Shown piece by piece: positions 12,654 through 26,236 of a stretch of 64,000 bases of DNA (its first letter is position 1; each line of letters begins with the position of its first letter). Source of the stretch: Vitrella brassicaformis CCMP3155. Taxonomy: Eukaryota > Protista > Chromerida. Where the stretch lies: positions 1 through 64,000 of the forward strand of contig CDMY01000480.1 in the NCBI GenBank assembly GCA_001179505.1, given 5' to 3'. The position numbers were made by a program, and so were the translations under genes. The notes under the pieces are model-generated. The model searched no databases. It saw nothing but the letters and a program-made list of their open reading frames with translations, and was not told the DNA's origin.

Positions 12654-15600
12654 ATGGGGCTGGGTCAGAAACCCCTCAAGACTCCGGGCGACCCCTACCG
12701 CTGGCTGACCCCCTTTCGAGCCGTCAAGCAGGCTGCAGCGGCGCTTCGGTCCTTGGGAGAGAAGCAGACGCCCCTGGACGGTCTCATCGAGTCCAACCGG
12801 CGCTTGCTACGGCCGGATGGGTATCTCGATCTCAGCGAGCTGCCGTCAACCGTCACTGTCAAGGCCCTGAGGAACGTCCGCACGGCCATCGAGCGGCAAA
12901 GTCAGGAGGCAGAGGCCAGCACCGACCCGCAGGCCGCCGCCACTGGCCTCTTGCAGTGCACGGAGCTCGGCAAGTTCGCTCAGAAGTTATTTGCAGGACT
13001 CAATGAAGTTCGGCGGCTCTCCTTGGCCAACCAGGTTGCTATGACGCGGCTGGCCCTGCAGACAAGCGAGCTGGAAAAGCAGTGTGTCAAGAAGGCTTTG
13101 ACGGCCATCACCAATCAGCACAGCTCGAGCGGCAACAGCAACGAGAGCGGTCGGCAGGCTCAGCCTGCCGAGGCCGTCGACAAGCGGCTGGTTTCCTCCC
13201 CAGCAATCGACTTCAGATTGGCTTTGGCTCACCGGATCGGCGAGAGGGCCAGGGATGATGTCCTGACGCGGCTGAATGCCTGTGAGGAAGCATTGCTGAA
13301 GATGGTTACCCTGGCGCCTAAGGGCGGTACGCCTCACCTCGAGGTCCACGTGAGCGAGGTCACAGCATCGGATCGGTTCAAGAGCGACTACCGCAAGTCC
13401 AAAAAGAGCGACATCCTGAAGGTCCCCATCCAGCGTGTCAATTTTGAGTACCTCGTGGCGGTTTTCAACTCGGCAGAGGCGCGGCGGCAGTTGTGGGAAA
13501 TATATGCCAAGGACATGGACGACGAGAAGATCGCCGACGCCATGCTGCGGGTGCTGCGGGTGCGGCAGGAGATGGCCCATGCGATGGGCTACAAGTGCTG
13601 GGGCGACATGCAGATACACAAAAGGTGAGGGAGGGGACTAACCAAGGCAAGCAGACGCATCGCATCAATTTCGTGGGCTCTCCTCCCCTCACTCACCTGC
13701 GGTGCGGTGCATTCAGGATGGTTGAGACCCGAGGCAGCATTCGCCAGCTCCATCGCGATGTGCAGACTGCCCTCCACGCCCCCCTGCAGTCGGTGATCAA
13801 GAATGTGCTCAGGTCCATCAGCCTGCAGGAGCGGCAAAGCGGCAAAGCGCCCGCGAGGAAGCGGCAGCCGGGCGGGGGAGGTGGCAGTGAGTCAAAGATC
13901 GACTACGTCGACTTCCAACACTTCGCCATGAACGTGTGAACAAATGTGTCTGTCGGCTGGTCACTCTGCCTACGCGACACTACACGTGCTCTCTGTGTGT
14001 ATGGTGGTGGTGTGTGTGCAGGAGGTTGGATACCAGCAGGGTTTTGACCTGATGGATTACTTCTCGCAGCAGTATTCGGTGCCAAAGATCCTCGAGATGC
14101 TGTCGGAGCTGCACGGCTTCCACATCGAGCTCGTCCCAACGGATGTCTCCAACCTCGGCTGGCCACCCAACTACCAGATCCACGCCGTATACGACAGGCA
14201 GGAGCACCAGGTGGCCCCCGACACCGCCCGCCCGATCGTCTTCCTCTACTTGGCCTGCACGCAGCACGCAACACTTCTCGACTTTGTCCGGGTGCCGATT
14301 CCCGTCAACATCCCCCCACACGCGCAGAAGCTGGCCGAGGGTCACATCAAGGTGTATGTGCCCAACATGCCCCACAACCCAGGACTGGCACTGCCGCTCA
14401 ACCTCTCCCTGGTTGGTATATGTGGTACTCAATATATATCTACCCCCTTAAGCCGGGGATGGATGGATGGATGTGTGTGGTTGCGTTGTGTGTGTTCAGG
14501 TCTCGACCATTTGTCATGAGTTGGGTCATGCGGTGCACTACATCCACCAGATGCGGCACCAGCGGCGGCTCAGACACGCCCAGCCACTGACGGCAGGGGA
14601 GGCCAGGTGGAGACAGGTACCTACCTGATGGATGGATGAATGGATGGATGGGCCGGCCAACAAACAATCAAGCCAACCATGCCATGCCATGTGTGTTTGT
14701 CATCTCTCTCCGTCTCTCTGTGTCGTGTGTGTCTGCACGCACTCACTTAGGCGGAGGCATCCGATGCGTTTTGGGACGTGGAGCTCCCGACCGACATCCA
14801 GGAAACGGCCGCCGTATACCACGAGTAAGTCACGGCGACTAAGGGCACAGCGCAGGCAGTCGGGCAGCTAGCACGGACAATCCTTTGTCCCCCTGTCTGT
14901 TTGTTTCCTTGGCTCAGGCACCTGTTTCGGGACCCGAGTGTGCTCGCAAATATCAGCAAGCACATCAAGGACGGCACGCCCCTGCCGTCATATCTCGCCA
15001 AGTAAGACTGGCAGGCAGGCAGGCAGGCAGGCAGGCAGCGAGTGGTCGAGCAAGGGCCTGAGGGAGGGTAGGGTCAGGTCAAGTGGTGGAATGAGTGGAA
15101 GCGTGTGAGTCCGTCCGTCCTTTGACTGTCTGTCAGGGTGTGCCCGTTCGATGTCCTCTACCACCTGCAGTATCTGCAGTGGTCGGAGATTGACGACCAT
15201 ATCCACGGGCCGGACCTCGACCCAAACAAGTACGCCATGGTGCACTCACTCCACACCCCCCCCATCTCTCTCCCTCTCTCTCTGGTGCGTGCATCCGTCA
15301 ATCCGTCAATCTGCAGGTGCACAGCGGCCGAGCTGGTGTCGACAATGGGGTCCATCTTCACCAAGATGCTGCCCGTCAACCTCCCCAACAACTGGACCGC
15401 ACCCCTACTCAAGAACTGGATGATCTTCGCCTTCACAAGGTTGGTTAGGAGTGTGTGATTCTTGCACCTCACACACACACACAGCCAGCCACACACGCAT
15501 CCACGCATGTGTCGCTGTCTGTCTGCCTGTCTGTCTGTTTGCCTGCTTATGTCAGCATGGGATACGCCGGCATCACCAGCGTCTACCTGTGTGCCCATGT

Positions 15601-15892
15601 CCGCGCGTCATGCGCAGTGGCCGCGTACCGCCGCGCCAGGCAGAACAAGGCGGCCCTGGCAGCCTACTCGGAGAAGCTGCAGGGCTTCCTGCAGCACCCC
15701 GTCTACCCTGACGCGGCCTTCCGACTGCACTCCACACTGGACCCCTCCCAGGGGCCGCTCGACCCCACACTGCCGGGCATTTACGGCAAGGCCAGAAACA
15801 CACAGCAGCCACAAAATGGCGACAAGAGTGGACAGCAGCTGAGGGGCCTGTTTGCTTGGAAGGCGCACCCGGCGGAGCACCTTCTTGGGTGA
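12654..15892 (+). CDS. M3-family zinc metallopeptidase (mitochondrial intermediate peptidase / oligopeptidase A-like); multi-exon
   Basis: HEXXH motif VSTICHELGHAVH at 14515-14529. Third-ligand motif FWDVELPTD in the next exon. N-terminal M3 signature RRQLWEIY..LRVLRVRQEMAHAMGYKCWGD. Confidence 0.8.
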
Positions 15893-16492
15893 GGTGATGG
15901 TGCATATGGTGATTGTGTGATGGCTGGGTGGGTGGGGCTGCCTGCCTGCCTGCGTGTCTGAGGGAGGTGTGTGTGCGCTCTGTCTGTGCATTGCAAGGGT
16001 GTTGATAACGAGTCGATTGACAGCAGGAGAGGATGAGTGGAGTGGTAGGTAGATCCAGCTGTGGGCTGTCGCAGACAAGACAAGGCCTGTCCTGTCAGCA
16101 GATATCTCTGTTGTTGAATGCAATGACATCATCAGTAAGTAGTGTGTCAACATGCACTGCATGAGACCGACCATTTTGCCTGCTGTCTCGGAATGTCACA
16201 CACACACACACACAGCACATGGCGCGCACCTCGGCGGCCCCCCTTGAGGGGGCGCAGCGAAGCAAAGAGCAAGCCGCAAACTGTCCCAGCCAGTGCAAAA
16301 AAGACGACGAGGCAAACGCCCACGCGCTTGCCCAATTCACCCCCACCCCCACCTACCCTTCCTCAATCTCACCTCACCCACCGCGCGGGCTGTGAATCTA
16401 TGTGTGTGCCTATGCTACAGAGCCCTCCCTCTCTCTCCATCCACACACACATGTGTGACGGCGTGGTTGATTGAGTGGCTGGGTCGGGTGAG

Positions 16493-18858
16493 TCAGAAGT
16501 GCGATAGGTGGTGGCCTGAGCCCGAGAAGAGGTCGAAGTTGCCCTGTGGGAGGATGGCCTTGGGGTCGCCGGTGGAGGTCTTGCCCACCATGCCGGGGAT
16601 CTTGCCCTCCCGCTTCAACTCCTCGAAGTGCTCGTTGTACGTCTGAACGATCAAACGATCAAACCACCAAACCACCAGACAGACAGACACACCAACAAAC
16701 AGGGGAAACAAGGCAGGCGACACGTGGTCGATATATGGGGTGGGGTGTCGCCTTGCAACTGACCCTGACACCGCCTGGGATTGCCTTGAGCCACGGCTCT
16801 TCGTCCGTCTCGTCCTGCACTCACACGTACGTCAACACACACAATACAATAGAATCCGACGCCTTGGAGGGGGTGGCTGGGTGGGTGTGAAGTGAGCGGC
16901 GTGGGAATGTCCGTGTGCGTACGTCGTCGTCGGGTATGGCGATGGGTCTGTTGGGCGAGACGCCGGTGGGCGCGGGTGAGTTCTTCTTGGGCTTGACCGG
17001 CTTGCCGTCCAAGCGGACCCCCGTACCACCAAACAACACCTGACACACACACACCAACGACACGCACAGAGAGTCTTCGCTCTCTGTCTGTCTGTCCGTC
17101 CGTCTGTCTCTCTGTTGGTGTGCAGGGCTGCTTACATCCTCCTTTTTGGCGGGCGGCGCCTCCCCGCCACCATTCGACCCAGCTGCACACCCCACACCAC
17201 CCACACACAGCCAGAAGGACGTCAGAGAGCTTGCATTGGGTTGGATAGATGAGCAAGACCATCAAACCCAACGTGGAAAAAGTGTGTGTGTCACCCATCC
17301 ATCGCGCGGACCGAATGGGTCGAGTGAGGGCACGGGCGACGGGGTGGGGGGAGGAGAGGGCTCCTGCAGACATGATGGGACGGACAGGGGACAGGCCAGC
17401 CTGTGCGTGTGCGTGCGTCATTCACTGTAAGTCTCATTGTGTGGTGTGGGTGTGTGACCATCTCTCTCCTTCCCTCCCACTGAGTGGGTCTCACTCTCAC
17501 TCACCACATAGTCCTTGGGCGGGGCGAAGTCGACCTCCACGTCCGTCTCGATGATCGAGATCGAGTTCGACGGACGGCATTCCTGACACGATACACGTGA
17601 GCGTCGGTATGGTATGTGTGTGGCCGGCCGTTTGTGTGGCGGGCGCTTCATTGACTGACCACAATCTCTATTTCGTATTTCTTCTGGTTGTAGTGGATGA
17701 CGATGTTGTCGCCAACCGTCAAGGTCGCGTACAGACGCAGCGACGCCTCCAACCTGACACACAACACACAAGACAAACAAATGACATACACAGATTAGAT
17801 GACACACATCACATCACATGCATCCCATTCCTCTCTCTCTCTGTGTGTCTTCATGTGTGTGGCCACGTGTGTGTGTTGCTCTGCTCACACGGCCTTTGGG
17901 TTTGAGATGTCCAGGAACTCCTTTGAGACGGGCTGCAGCTTGACATACCTGCCCTTGGGCAGGGTCGTGTTGGTCACACGCACTATGTCGCCCTCCTTCA
18001 ACAGCAGGTTCTGCATCATCTGCACACGCACACACACGCATCCGCCATACACACACACGCCCTGCCGTTGGTGCACCAATTGCACTGTGTTGTGTTGTGT
18101 TGTGTAGCTACCCAGTAGGGCATGTAGCAGGTCCCCTCCTCGGCCGAGAACTCCTGCACGCCGCCACACGTGTGACGACCCTACACCGCACCAAGCAAAG
18201 CAATGCAACGCAAACCAGCCAGTCAGTCAGTCAGTCATCACACCCACCCACAGCTCGTCGCAATGAGTTGAGTGGCCTGCTGTGCGTGTCCTGTGTCCTC
18301 CTCCTGACTGACCTTCTCAGCATTGTGCAGCTCGAACAGCATCGGCCAAGTGATGTTCAAACGGGCTGAGTGAGGAACGATTACAACAACACACACACAC
18401 ACACACCCCTCCACGACAAACCAATGTGTGTGGGTTATGCCTCAACCCCTCCCTACCAAGATGGTCCAGCGCCGAAGGAGGCAGCAGGACTGCACCACAC
18501 ACACACACACACGCCCGCACCAATACGCCAGTGCATTCCATTCTAGGCGTCCACACATCCTGACGATATGCTGTAGGTGTAGCTCAGCTGGATGTCTGCG
18601 TCTGTCTGTGTGTGTGTTGGTTAAAGTACTGACTTTTGTTGCCCTTTTCGAGATCCTCTTTGCTGGCGAACGTGACAGGGAAGCACGTGTAGTGCTCGTC
18701 GAACCGGCTGGCCACCGGTCCGTTGTGGAAGAACCCCTGGGCCGCCTGGGCGGCCAGACGTCCAAGACCCAGCTGCAGTTCGGACCACACAGGGAGGGAG
18801 TGAGCGCGTGACGAAACCACCAGCCATGGAGTGACATGTGTGGCTGAGTGCCTACCAT
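16493..18858 (-). CDS. UFD1: Ubiquitin fusion degradation protein 1 (Cdc48/p97 cofactor); multi-exon
   Basis: [100 protein letters not shown] and C-terminal FSGSG. First coding exon ends at the ATG followed by gtaggc. Confidence 0.95.
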
Positions 18859-19502
18859 TGCTTCTGACGAACTCCAATCTGCAGCGAAAACACCGACACG
18901 CTCCCAAGAGGTCGCAGGGTTCCAAACCCTGGGCTTGGAACCCTGTTCGTTCTTTCTTTTGAGTTTGAACGAAAAGTGAGTGGCATCAACGGATGGATGC
19001 GCCATGTGACGCGTGACAGAGACAGGCAGTTTCACATCGACCCTGCTGGACCGTTCCACCACATGGACGTCAGTGCAAGACAATTTGCAGGTGCCAGTGG
19101 GTAGAGTGACAACAAATGGCCTGCCTACTTAGGAGCCGGTATCTGTCTCTGTCAACCTGACCCACACTTCCATCCATCCAGCCATTGTACTATCCGCCCA
19201 GATCGGATCGTCCCTCACCCACCATTGAACACACAAGAGATGCAATCCAATCAATGGCGGCACGGCAACACAACAAAAAGACAGACCCACAAGGCAAGTC
19301 AGCCGCAAACAAACAGGGGCAGGCTAGGCTCCGCCACGTCTGTCTGCCATTTGCCCACATCATTCATCACCTCTCACCACTTACACACACCCGTGCGGAC
19401 AAACAGGCGGGCGGCAAGCAAGGAACCATCGGCCATATGGAAACCGCTCGGCTCTTGTGCCTCTCTCGCTCCCCTATCTCCCATATATGCTCGGTCGGTC
19501 AT

Positions 19503-19654
19503 TTACTTGGCCTTGGCCTCTTGCTCTTCGACCGGCTCGAACTTGGGATGTCGCCAGCCGTGCCGCTCCAGCGAGACTATCACGTCCCGCACCAAAGACA
19601 GATTCGCACTCATGTCATACTTGCTGCACACTGCACACACACACACACACACAC

Positions 19655-19690
<36 letters not shown>

Positions 19691-20169
19691 GAGATGTGTG
19701 TGGCTGAGATGCGTGAGTGTGTGTGTGTCTGTTTGTCTGTCTGTGTGTGGTGCACTCACTGTGCTGACCGTCTTTGAGGTCTTCATAGACGAGTTGGTCG
19801 ACGGGGTAGTTTTCCGGCACGACCTCTGCCTTCTCCTCCTCCTCCTTGCCAGAGAACCGCGGGTCCCACTCGGGATGCTTCGTCAACAGCTTACGCAGCA
19901 AAGTCTCGTCTACACACACACACACACAGCCACACACCGACACACAGACAGACAATGCAGCATCACTGCACGTGTGTGTGTGTGGATCTCGGCAGTGGTT
20001 GTGTTGTGTTGTGCTGACCTTCCTGATGGAAGTAGATGTTCTCCTCTGCCGACCCCTTATCCTTGATGATCTCTGTGGCCTGCCGCACACCGCCTACAGC
20101 GGCCGGCAGCCGCCTCGCCGCCGCCTGACCGCCTCGCGCAAACAGAAGACCCACTGAACGCGACAACAT
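19503..20169 (-). CDS. IF1: Mitochondrial ATP synthase inhibitory factor 1, apicomplexan type; 3 exons
   Basis: Arg/Ala-rich presequence MLSRSVGLLFARGGQAAARR, then KGSAEENIYFHQE|DETLLRKLLTKHPEWDPRF and LVRDVIVSLERHGW. This matches my recollection of Toxoplasma IF1 (EETVYFKKEDEALLRNLLANHPEYDPKY). Confidence 0.85.
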
Positions 20170-20353
20170 CACTGCCTGGACAGCCGCGGAAAACGCTTCG
20201 CATCTGCAAGCTCACAAGCTCTCGGGAAAAACAACAGCGTTTCGGTGTGTAGAGTCTCTTATCGGGACCCTCCGTTGGCTGACGGGACGGTCTGTCTTCT
20301 GAATCAGATCTATCTGTGTTGCAATCTGAGAGTTTGACGCCAGGTGTGGTTGA

Positions 20354-23278
20354 ATGATGGGCAACGACGGCGTGTCCAACGACCCGCCGCCGCCTTTGTC
20401 CTTCCACCCCAGCCTCCCTCACACACCAACCGGCCCGCAGGAGGCCCAGCAACAGACGGCAGACGGAGGACACATGCAGCACCAATACCACAACCACCAG
20501 CAGCAGCAGCAGCAGCAAGACCATCAGATGGCCGTGGAGGAGAGGGAGGGCGATGACGGCGATGTGTTCCTAGAGAAGTTGGGTCGGCAGGCGCACGACC
20601 TGCTGAGTTGCCTGGGGCACATCGGCGCGTTTGGGTCGGAGTCGACGCTGCGTCTGCTGCTGCTGCTGAAGAGGAGCCACCTGGTGGCCTCACAGCTGGT
20701 CAAGGGCTACACCCAGGAGAGCGGCCTCAACCCTTCTGCCCCACCTGACAAACCCTGCAGGTAGGTAGGGACACGCTGCACGTGATGTGGATCACACCTA
20801 TGCTATGCTATGCTATGCGTGTGTGCAGTGAGGCGTTCGCCACTCGAGTGGCCTTTGCGGCGTGCGATGGGCTGCGGCTGCTTTGCGCGGTAGTCCGGTG
20901 GCTCGAGTGGGTGGAGCGGCGGGCCACCGACCCTGACGACGACTACGCCATGGGGGACACTGAGATGGTGGACGGCGAGCAGCTGTGGCGAAAGATCCGG
21001 GAGGGCGTGGCGGGTGAGCGACAGACACTCCATGCCGTGGCATGCATCAGATACGATCCATGAGTTGTGTGTGTGTGTGTGTGTGTAGCCAAGAAGGCTG
21101 TTGCTCACGTGGATGACGTGGAGGCGTTCTGCCGTCCGATATTTAAGAGGCTGAGGAGCGGGCTATACGACGAGGCAACCGCAAAGGCGGCACACGTGCC
21201 GTCGCTGGAAGCCGCTCTCATCCGTAACACAAACCACACACACACACACACACACAGAGGTATGGTTTGTCGTCGGTGCCTCCCACTCACTGTGTGTGAG
21301 TGTGCAGAGTCGCGTGGGTGCGAGGATGCTGAGCTCGACCCGCCTCGCCTGTCCCGGGACACCCTCTCAGGGCTGCACGCCTTTGCCTTCCCCTTCGGCG
21401 GCCCCTCCTACACTGACATGGACGAGAGCATCGAGACCTACGCCGGGGACGAGGCCGACTGCGCCCGAGACTGGGCCGCCACAGGCGACTGGCTCGACCT
21501 CACCCTCACCCTCCCATTCCCCCTGCAGGCCGGCGGGGCCCAGGTGCGGTCGGGCATCCGCACGATGTGCCGTGAGCTCGTCAGGAAAGGAGCAGCGGGG
21601 GGTTTGCGGCAGACGCAGGGTGGTGAGTGGGGCGTGTACGAGACGGGCGTCTTGGCGTACCTGTGTGGGGACTGGGAAGGCATGCTGCATGCGTGTGACA
21701 AGCTGAGGGAGAGGGAGGGGGAGGTCGGAGCTGGCAAGAAGCCATATGACGTGTTGTGGACGAGGCTCAGGGCTCTCAGGGTGGGGCGGGGTGGGTGAGA
21801 GAGGAGGGAGGTGCCATAGTGCACTCACTGCAGCACGGTGGCTGATCTGTCTGTCTGTCTGTCTTGGTGTGTGTGTTTTGTGTGTGTGCAGGACGAGACA
21901 CTGGAGGCCCTGCTGACGAGAATACGGCACAAATATGGGGGTGCGCTCATTGGTATGCATGCACAGGGCAGACAGGGGAAGAAGCGACTGACTCACCCTC
22001 ACACACACACACATTCTTCCCTCGTGCAGGCGAGCTGCCGCCGTCCACGATGATCTATCGGCAGGGGTCCCAACACGCCGCTCCGCCAGAGTCGTTGCTG
22101 ATAGGCGGCTCCGATTTTGCTTTGTCCAACACGTGGGAGGTCTTCCACGCCGAGGTCACCAGCTTCGTCGCCATCCAAACACACCTCCATCTCATGGTAG
22201 CCTAGCCCACCTCCCGCCCATCCACACACACACACACACACTCAAACCCACACAAAGATGAAGATAAAGATGGCCGCTCTCCGTCTCCCGTCGTTGCAGA
22301 GATTCGTTCAATCGCTGTCTGGTTCTGAGGACGCCCAATTTGCGCAGCTGCAGTGCAGGGTCATCAACACGGAGATGCGACTGTTCGCCGAAGACAGGAG
22401 GGTCCGGGAGCTCTTCAAGCGCAGCCAGGCGGGGGGGCTTAGCGAAGTCGAGAGGAAGCTCGGGGAGGAGCTCTTCAATGACGACGTGGTGACCTTCTTC
22501 GCCAAACGGTCCATGCAGGAGGGCGGGGGCGCTGCTGCCCGGTGGGTGTGGGTGTGGGTGGGTGGGTGGGTGGGTGGGTTGGTGGGTGGGGGCACACACA
22601 TGAGATGGGCAGACACATTGCATAATGGGGATGTGTGTGGGTGTTGTGTGTGTGCAGGGACGGTGACCTGTGTGGTGACGAGGGCAGCGAGCTGTCCAAG
22701 TGCCTGTACTTCCTGCAGCAGCACTATGAGAGCGGCCTCCCCGACATAGACCCCGACACACAGGAGCGCACTCGCAAGTAAGCCAGCCAGCCAGCCGGCC
22801 GGCTGGCTGGCCAGACGTTGGCTGCATGGGTGTGGTTTATGCCTGCGTGTGTCGTTGATGTTTGGTGCTGTGCTGTGTGGGCAGGTTGCGGGCCCGTTCG
22901 CTGATTCGGCGCATCGACCAGGACACGCCCTTTCTGGTTGTCAGCCTGCTGCACGAATTCGACCAAGACGCCAAAGTCAGGGAGGGAGAAACCATCCAGC
23001 CAGCACTGCTGCATCCATTAGTTAGTTGTGGTGTGTGCTGTGCTGTTGGCCCTGTCTGTCGTGACGACAGGTAGAGATGATGGTAGCTTTCTACACACGC
23101 GTCGGCGACCTCACCGGCTGGACGCACCCGAGTCACGACAACGTGCCCACCACCACATACCACGAGATTCTCGACTCGGTCGAGCAGCTGGTCTTCGACG
23201 TCAGGGAACATCTCACGGTCAGTCAGCTGCTGATAGCCATGGGGTGGACTGACTGCACACATATGTGCTGACTGCCTG

Positions 23279-23312
<34 letters not shown>

Positions 23313-25105
23313 GTGCAGCTGTTAGTGCCCCTGGCCTGTGAGCTGGCGAGGAGCACGTTCAGCCACGTCACGAATGCACTGCGCGGCGACCGGGGGGCTG
23401 CCCCAAACCCAACACAACTCGCCAAGAGGTGCCACAGGAACCGCACAGAGAGACTGTGGATGATCAGAGTTTTCAACATCTCCCTCGTTGTGTTGTGTTG
23501 TGTTGTGTGTTGGTAGGGTGCAATGGGTCATCTATCGGCTGCAGTCCCTCTGCCGCATCGTCGAGAGCGCCTCACGCACAGGAGATCCCGCCACCGACCG
23601 CAGTATCCCTCTGCTCGCCATCTTGCCACTCCAGCCGCAGATAGACCCACCCCAAGCGCCCCCCACGCCATCCCAGGCGTCATGCTTCCTCCTCAACGGC
23701 CAGCTGCTCATCGACGACGACGCCCCCCTCCCCCCCGAGCCCTACCTGGGTCCTCTCCTGGACGCTGCCCAACATGACACCGATCTGGCGTGGTACCTGG
23801 TCAAGACGAGCATGCTCACCGTGGTGTCGCATCTGTCGGTGCTGCTGGCATCGCTGGACCCCCTGCGCGCCGCAAAGGTCACCGAGAGCGGCCTGCTGCC
23901 CATCGGGGGCGAGAGGCCGCCGGCGATCGACGGCAGCTACCGCGACCGCCACTACGGCGACTCCCGGCTGAGCCAGCAAGGCGAGAGGGGTGCCGTCAAG
24001 CACCTGGAGGCCCTGTGGATGAGGAGACAGACGGCGGCCTTGATGAGCGAGGGCGTGTTTGTGCGGGCGGTGGGCGAGAGGGACGGCCTGGAGATGCAAG
24101 CAGGGGTGGAGGCAGCACAGGGCGACCCCCTGGCGGCTCAGGTGAATGCCGTGACGGTGCCGACGCGTCCAGTGCGTCAGTGGTGGGCGGTGCAGATGTA
24201 CTGCAGCCTGATGCGGCGGCTGGCGAATGTGCAGCAGGGGGTGGCGCAGTATGAAATGGCATTCGATCTCGACACGGCCAAGGTGGGGGAGGGGCAGGGG
24301 GGCCAGGTGGTGTGTGTGCCCTACCTACCTGCAGGAGCATCCTTCCTGCAGCGCAACAAAGTCAGCTCTCCAGCCACACACTCCATCGATGCACTGCACG
24401 AACGTATCTCATTATTCACTCATGCCTCTGGTTGTGTTATGTCAGGTGTGGCGTCCGCAGTGGAGCAGTGTCGGCTACCCGTCCATCTGCCCTCCATCCG
24501 CACAGGCCCAGACGCAGCCACAGCTGCCGACACTCACCACTCGGGCAGCCGTCCCGCCCTCGATCACCTCCCTCAGGCAGGCCTACGACGACGACCTCAC
24601 CCTCTCCCTCCTCGCCCTCCTCGACTCATCCATCCCACACAACAGCTTCCACTTCCCACTCCCCTCCCCCGCCCTCCCCTCCATCCCCTCCCTCTCCACA
24701 TGGGCCGTCTACGCCCTCATCCGAACCGCCATGGAGCTCGGCGTCAAAATCGCGCGACTCGAGGCCGCAGGCGTCCATGCGCCCGGGGACCTGGCGCGGT
24801 TCCGCCCCTTGCTGCCCTCGGCAATCGGGCGGCTTGATGGGCCGCCGACCAACGGTGGCGTCGGCGGTGTGGAGAGGGTGAGGCAGGGGAGGCAGGGGCT
24901 GCTGCGGCTGATAGAGCACCTCAAGGCGTCCGTGTGGGCGTGGGCCGCCATGCGTGGTGGTGGCGGTGATAGTGATAGTGATGGTAGTAGCAGTAGTGTG
25001 ATGTTGTCGGATCTGCGTCTGCCTGTGGCTGAGCTGACATGTCTGATGGGCGGCGGCGGACTGCCGAGGGAGACGGGCGGGAGGGACAGTGCTATGATTG
25101 CGTGA
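20354..25105 (+). CDS. NUP107: Nup107/Nup84-like outer-ring nucleoporin (divergent); multi-exon
   Basis: Ordered motifs resemble Nup107: AVVRWLE; DDVEAFCRPIFKRLRSGLYDEA (cf. LKYLFTLIRAGMTEEA); YETGVLAYLCGDWEGMLHAC..YDVLWTRLRAL (cf. [32 protein letters not shown]). Long all-helical protein. Confidence 0.6.
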
Positions 25106-25242
25106 TGAATCGGTTTTCGAGGGGAAAAATAGAATTTACGGCTCTGTGGCAAGCTCGCATTTTGCAAAGTCTGAGTCGGCACACCGAATAAGAGAACAGC
25201 TTCCAGCTCCCCATCCATTCATTCATCCATCGGTCAGGCGAA

Positions 25243-25697
25243 ATGAAGTCCGTCCAAGCCGTCGCCCTGGTCTTCCTCGGCCTCATCGCCCTCTCTCACT
25301 GCTTCCAGGTCAACCCTACATCGCCATCCTTGTTGCGGGCCCAGAGGACATCTGCACTATCGCGCGGCGACATCCAGAAGGGTGCCACTGCTCTCGGCGC
25401 CCTCGCGCCCCTTGCATCTCTCGTCGACCAGGCCTCAGCCTCATCGCTGGACGGCATCCCGACGGACCTGCTGGCTTATGACAGTGCCAGCTTCGGCGGC
25501 AATGCCCTCACCATTGCAGGCTTGTTCGCCATCTTCATCATCATCCTTCTCCTGGCTCCCCCGGTGCGCTGCGCATGCATGGGACGAACAAACACGGATC
25601 CGACTTGTTCGTTCTTACACACTGTGTGTTTGTGTGTTTGGTTGGCTGATTGTGGTGGTGTGTGCAGCTCAAGGGCGAGCCTGGCGAGCAGATCTGA
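25243..25697 (+). CDS. Small plastid-targeted single-TM protein, 116 aa; exons 25243-25563 and 25668-25697
   Basis: Signal peptide MKSVQAVALVFLGLIALSHC, then F, then an S/R/A-rich transit peptide. A hydrophobic stretch ends in QASA. One C-terminal TM segment (ALTIAGLFAIFIIILLLAPP), then LKGEPGEQI*. Confidence 0.75.
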
Positions 25698-26236
25698 GCG
25701 AAGATGTGACTACTGCATGGGGTGTGGGCGAGTGCTGTTTTTGAGTGCTGGTTGGTTGGTGTGTCGTGCGTCAGCGCATTTGCGTTGTGGCTGAGGTGGC
25801 TGCTCATTCTTAGATAGATGCTGTGCGCGACGTGTGACATACATCTGTGATGATGGATGAAGGGGATTTTTCGGGACTCGCTCGGCTCGGTCGTTAATTG
25901 AATGAAACCCACTCAGATCTTACACGCGTCAATCACATGCATCCTTTGTTGATGGTCACACTGCGCACCATCTTGCCGACTCGTTGACTACTGCCACTCC
26001 ATTCAGCGTCGACTGGTTGTATGTCAGTCTCGACCAAATGACACGACAGGAAACAACGAACAGGCAAGACCATGCCTGCATCTGTCTGTCTGTCTATCGA
26101 TCCCAACGCACTATGCACAGATGGATCATACGAAGTTGACTGCAATGATTGCATTGCAATGCAGCACACCGGAGGGGTCTGTCTGTACAGCATCCCTGTC
26201 ATCCTCACCTAGTCACACACACCGGGCCGTTTCATT

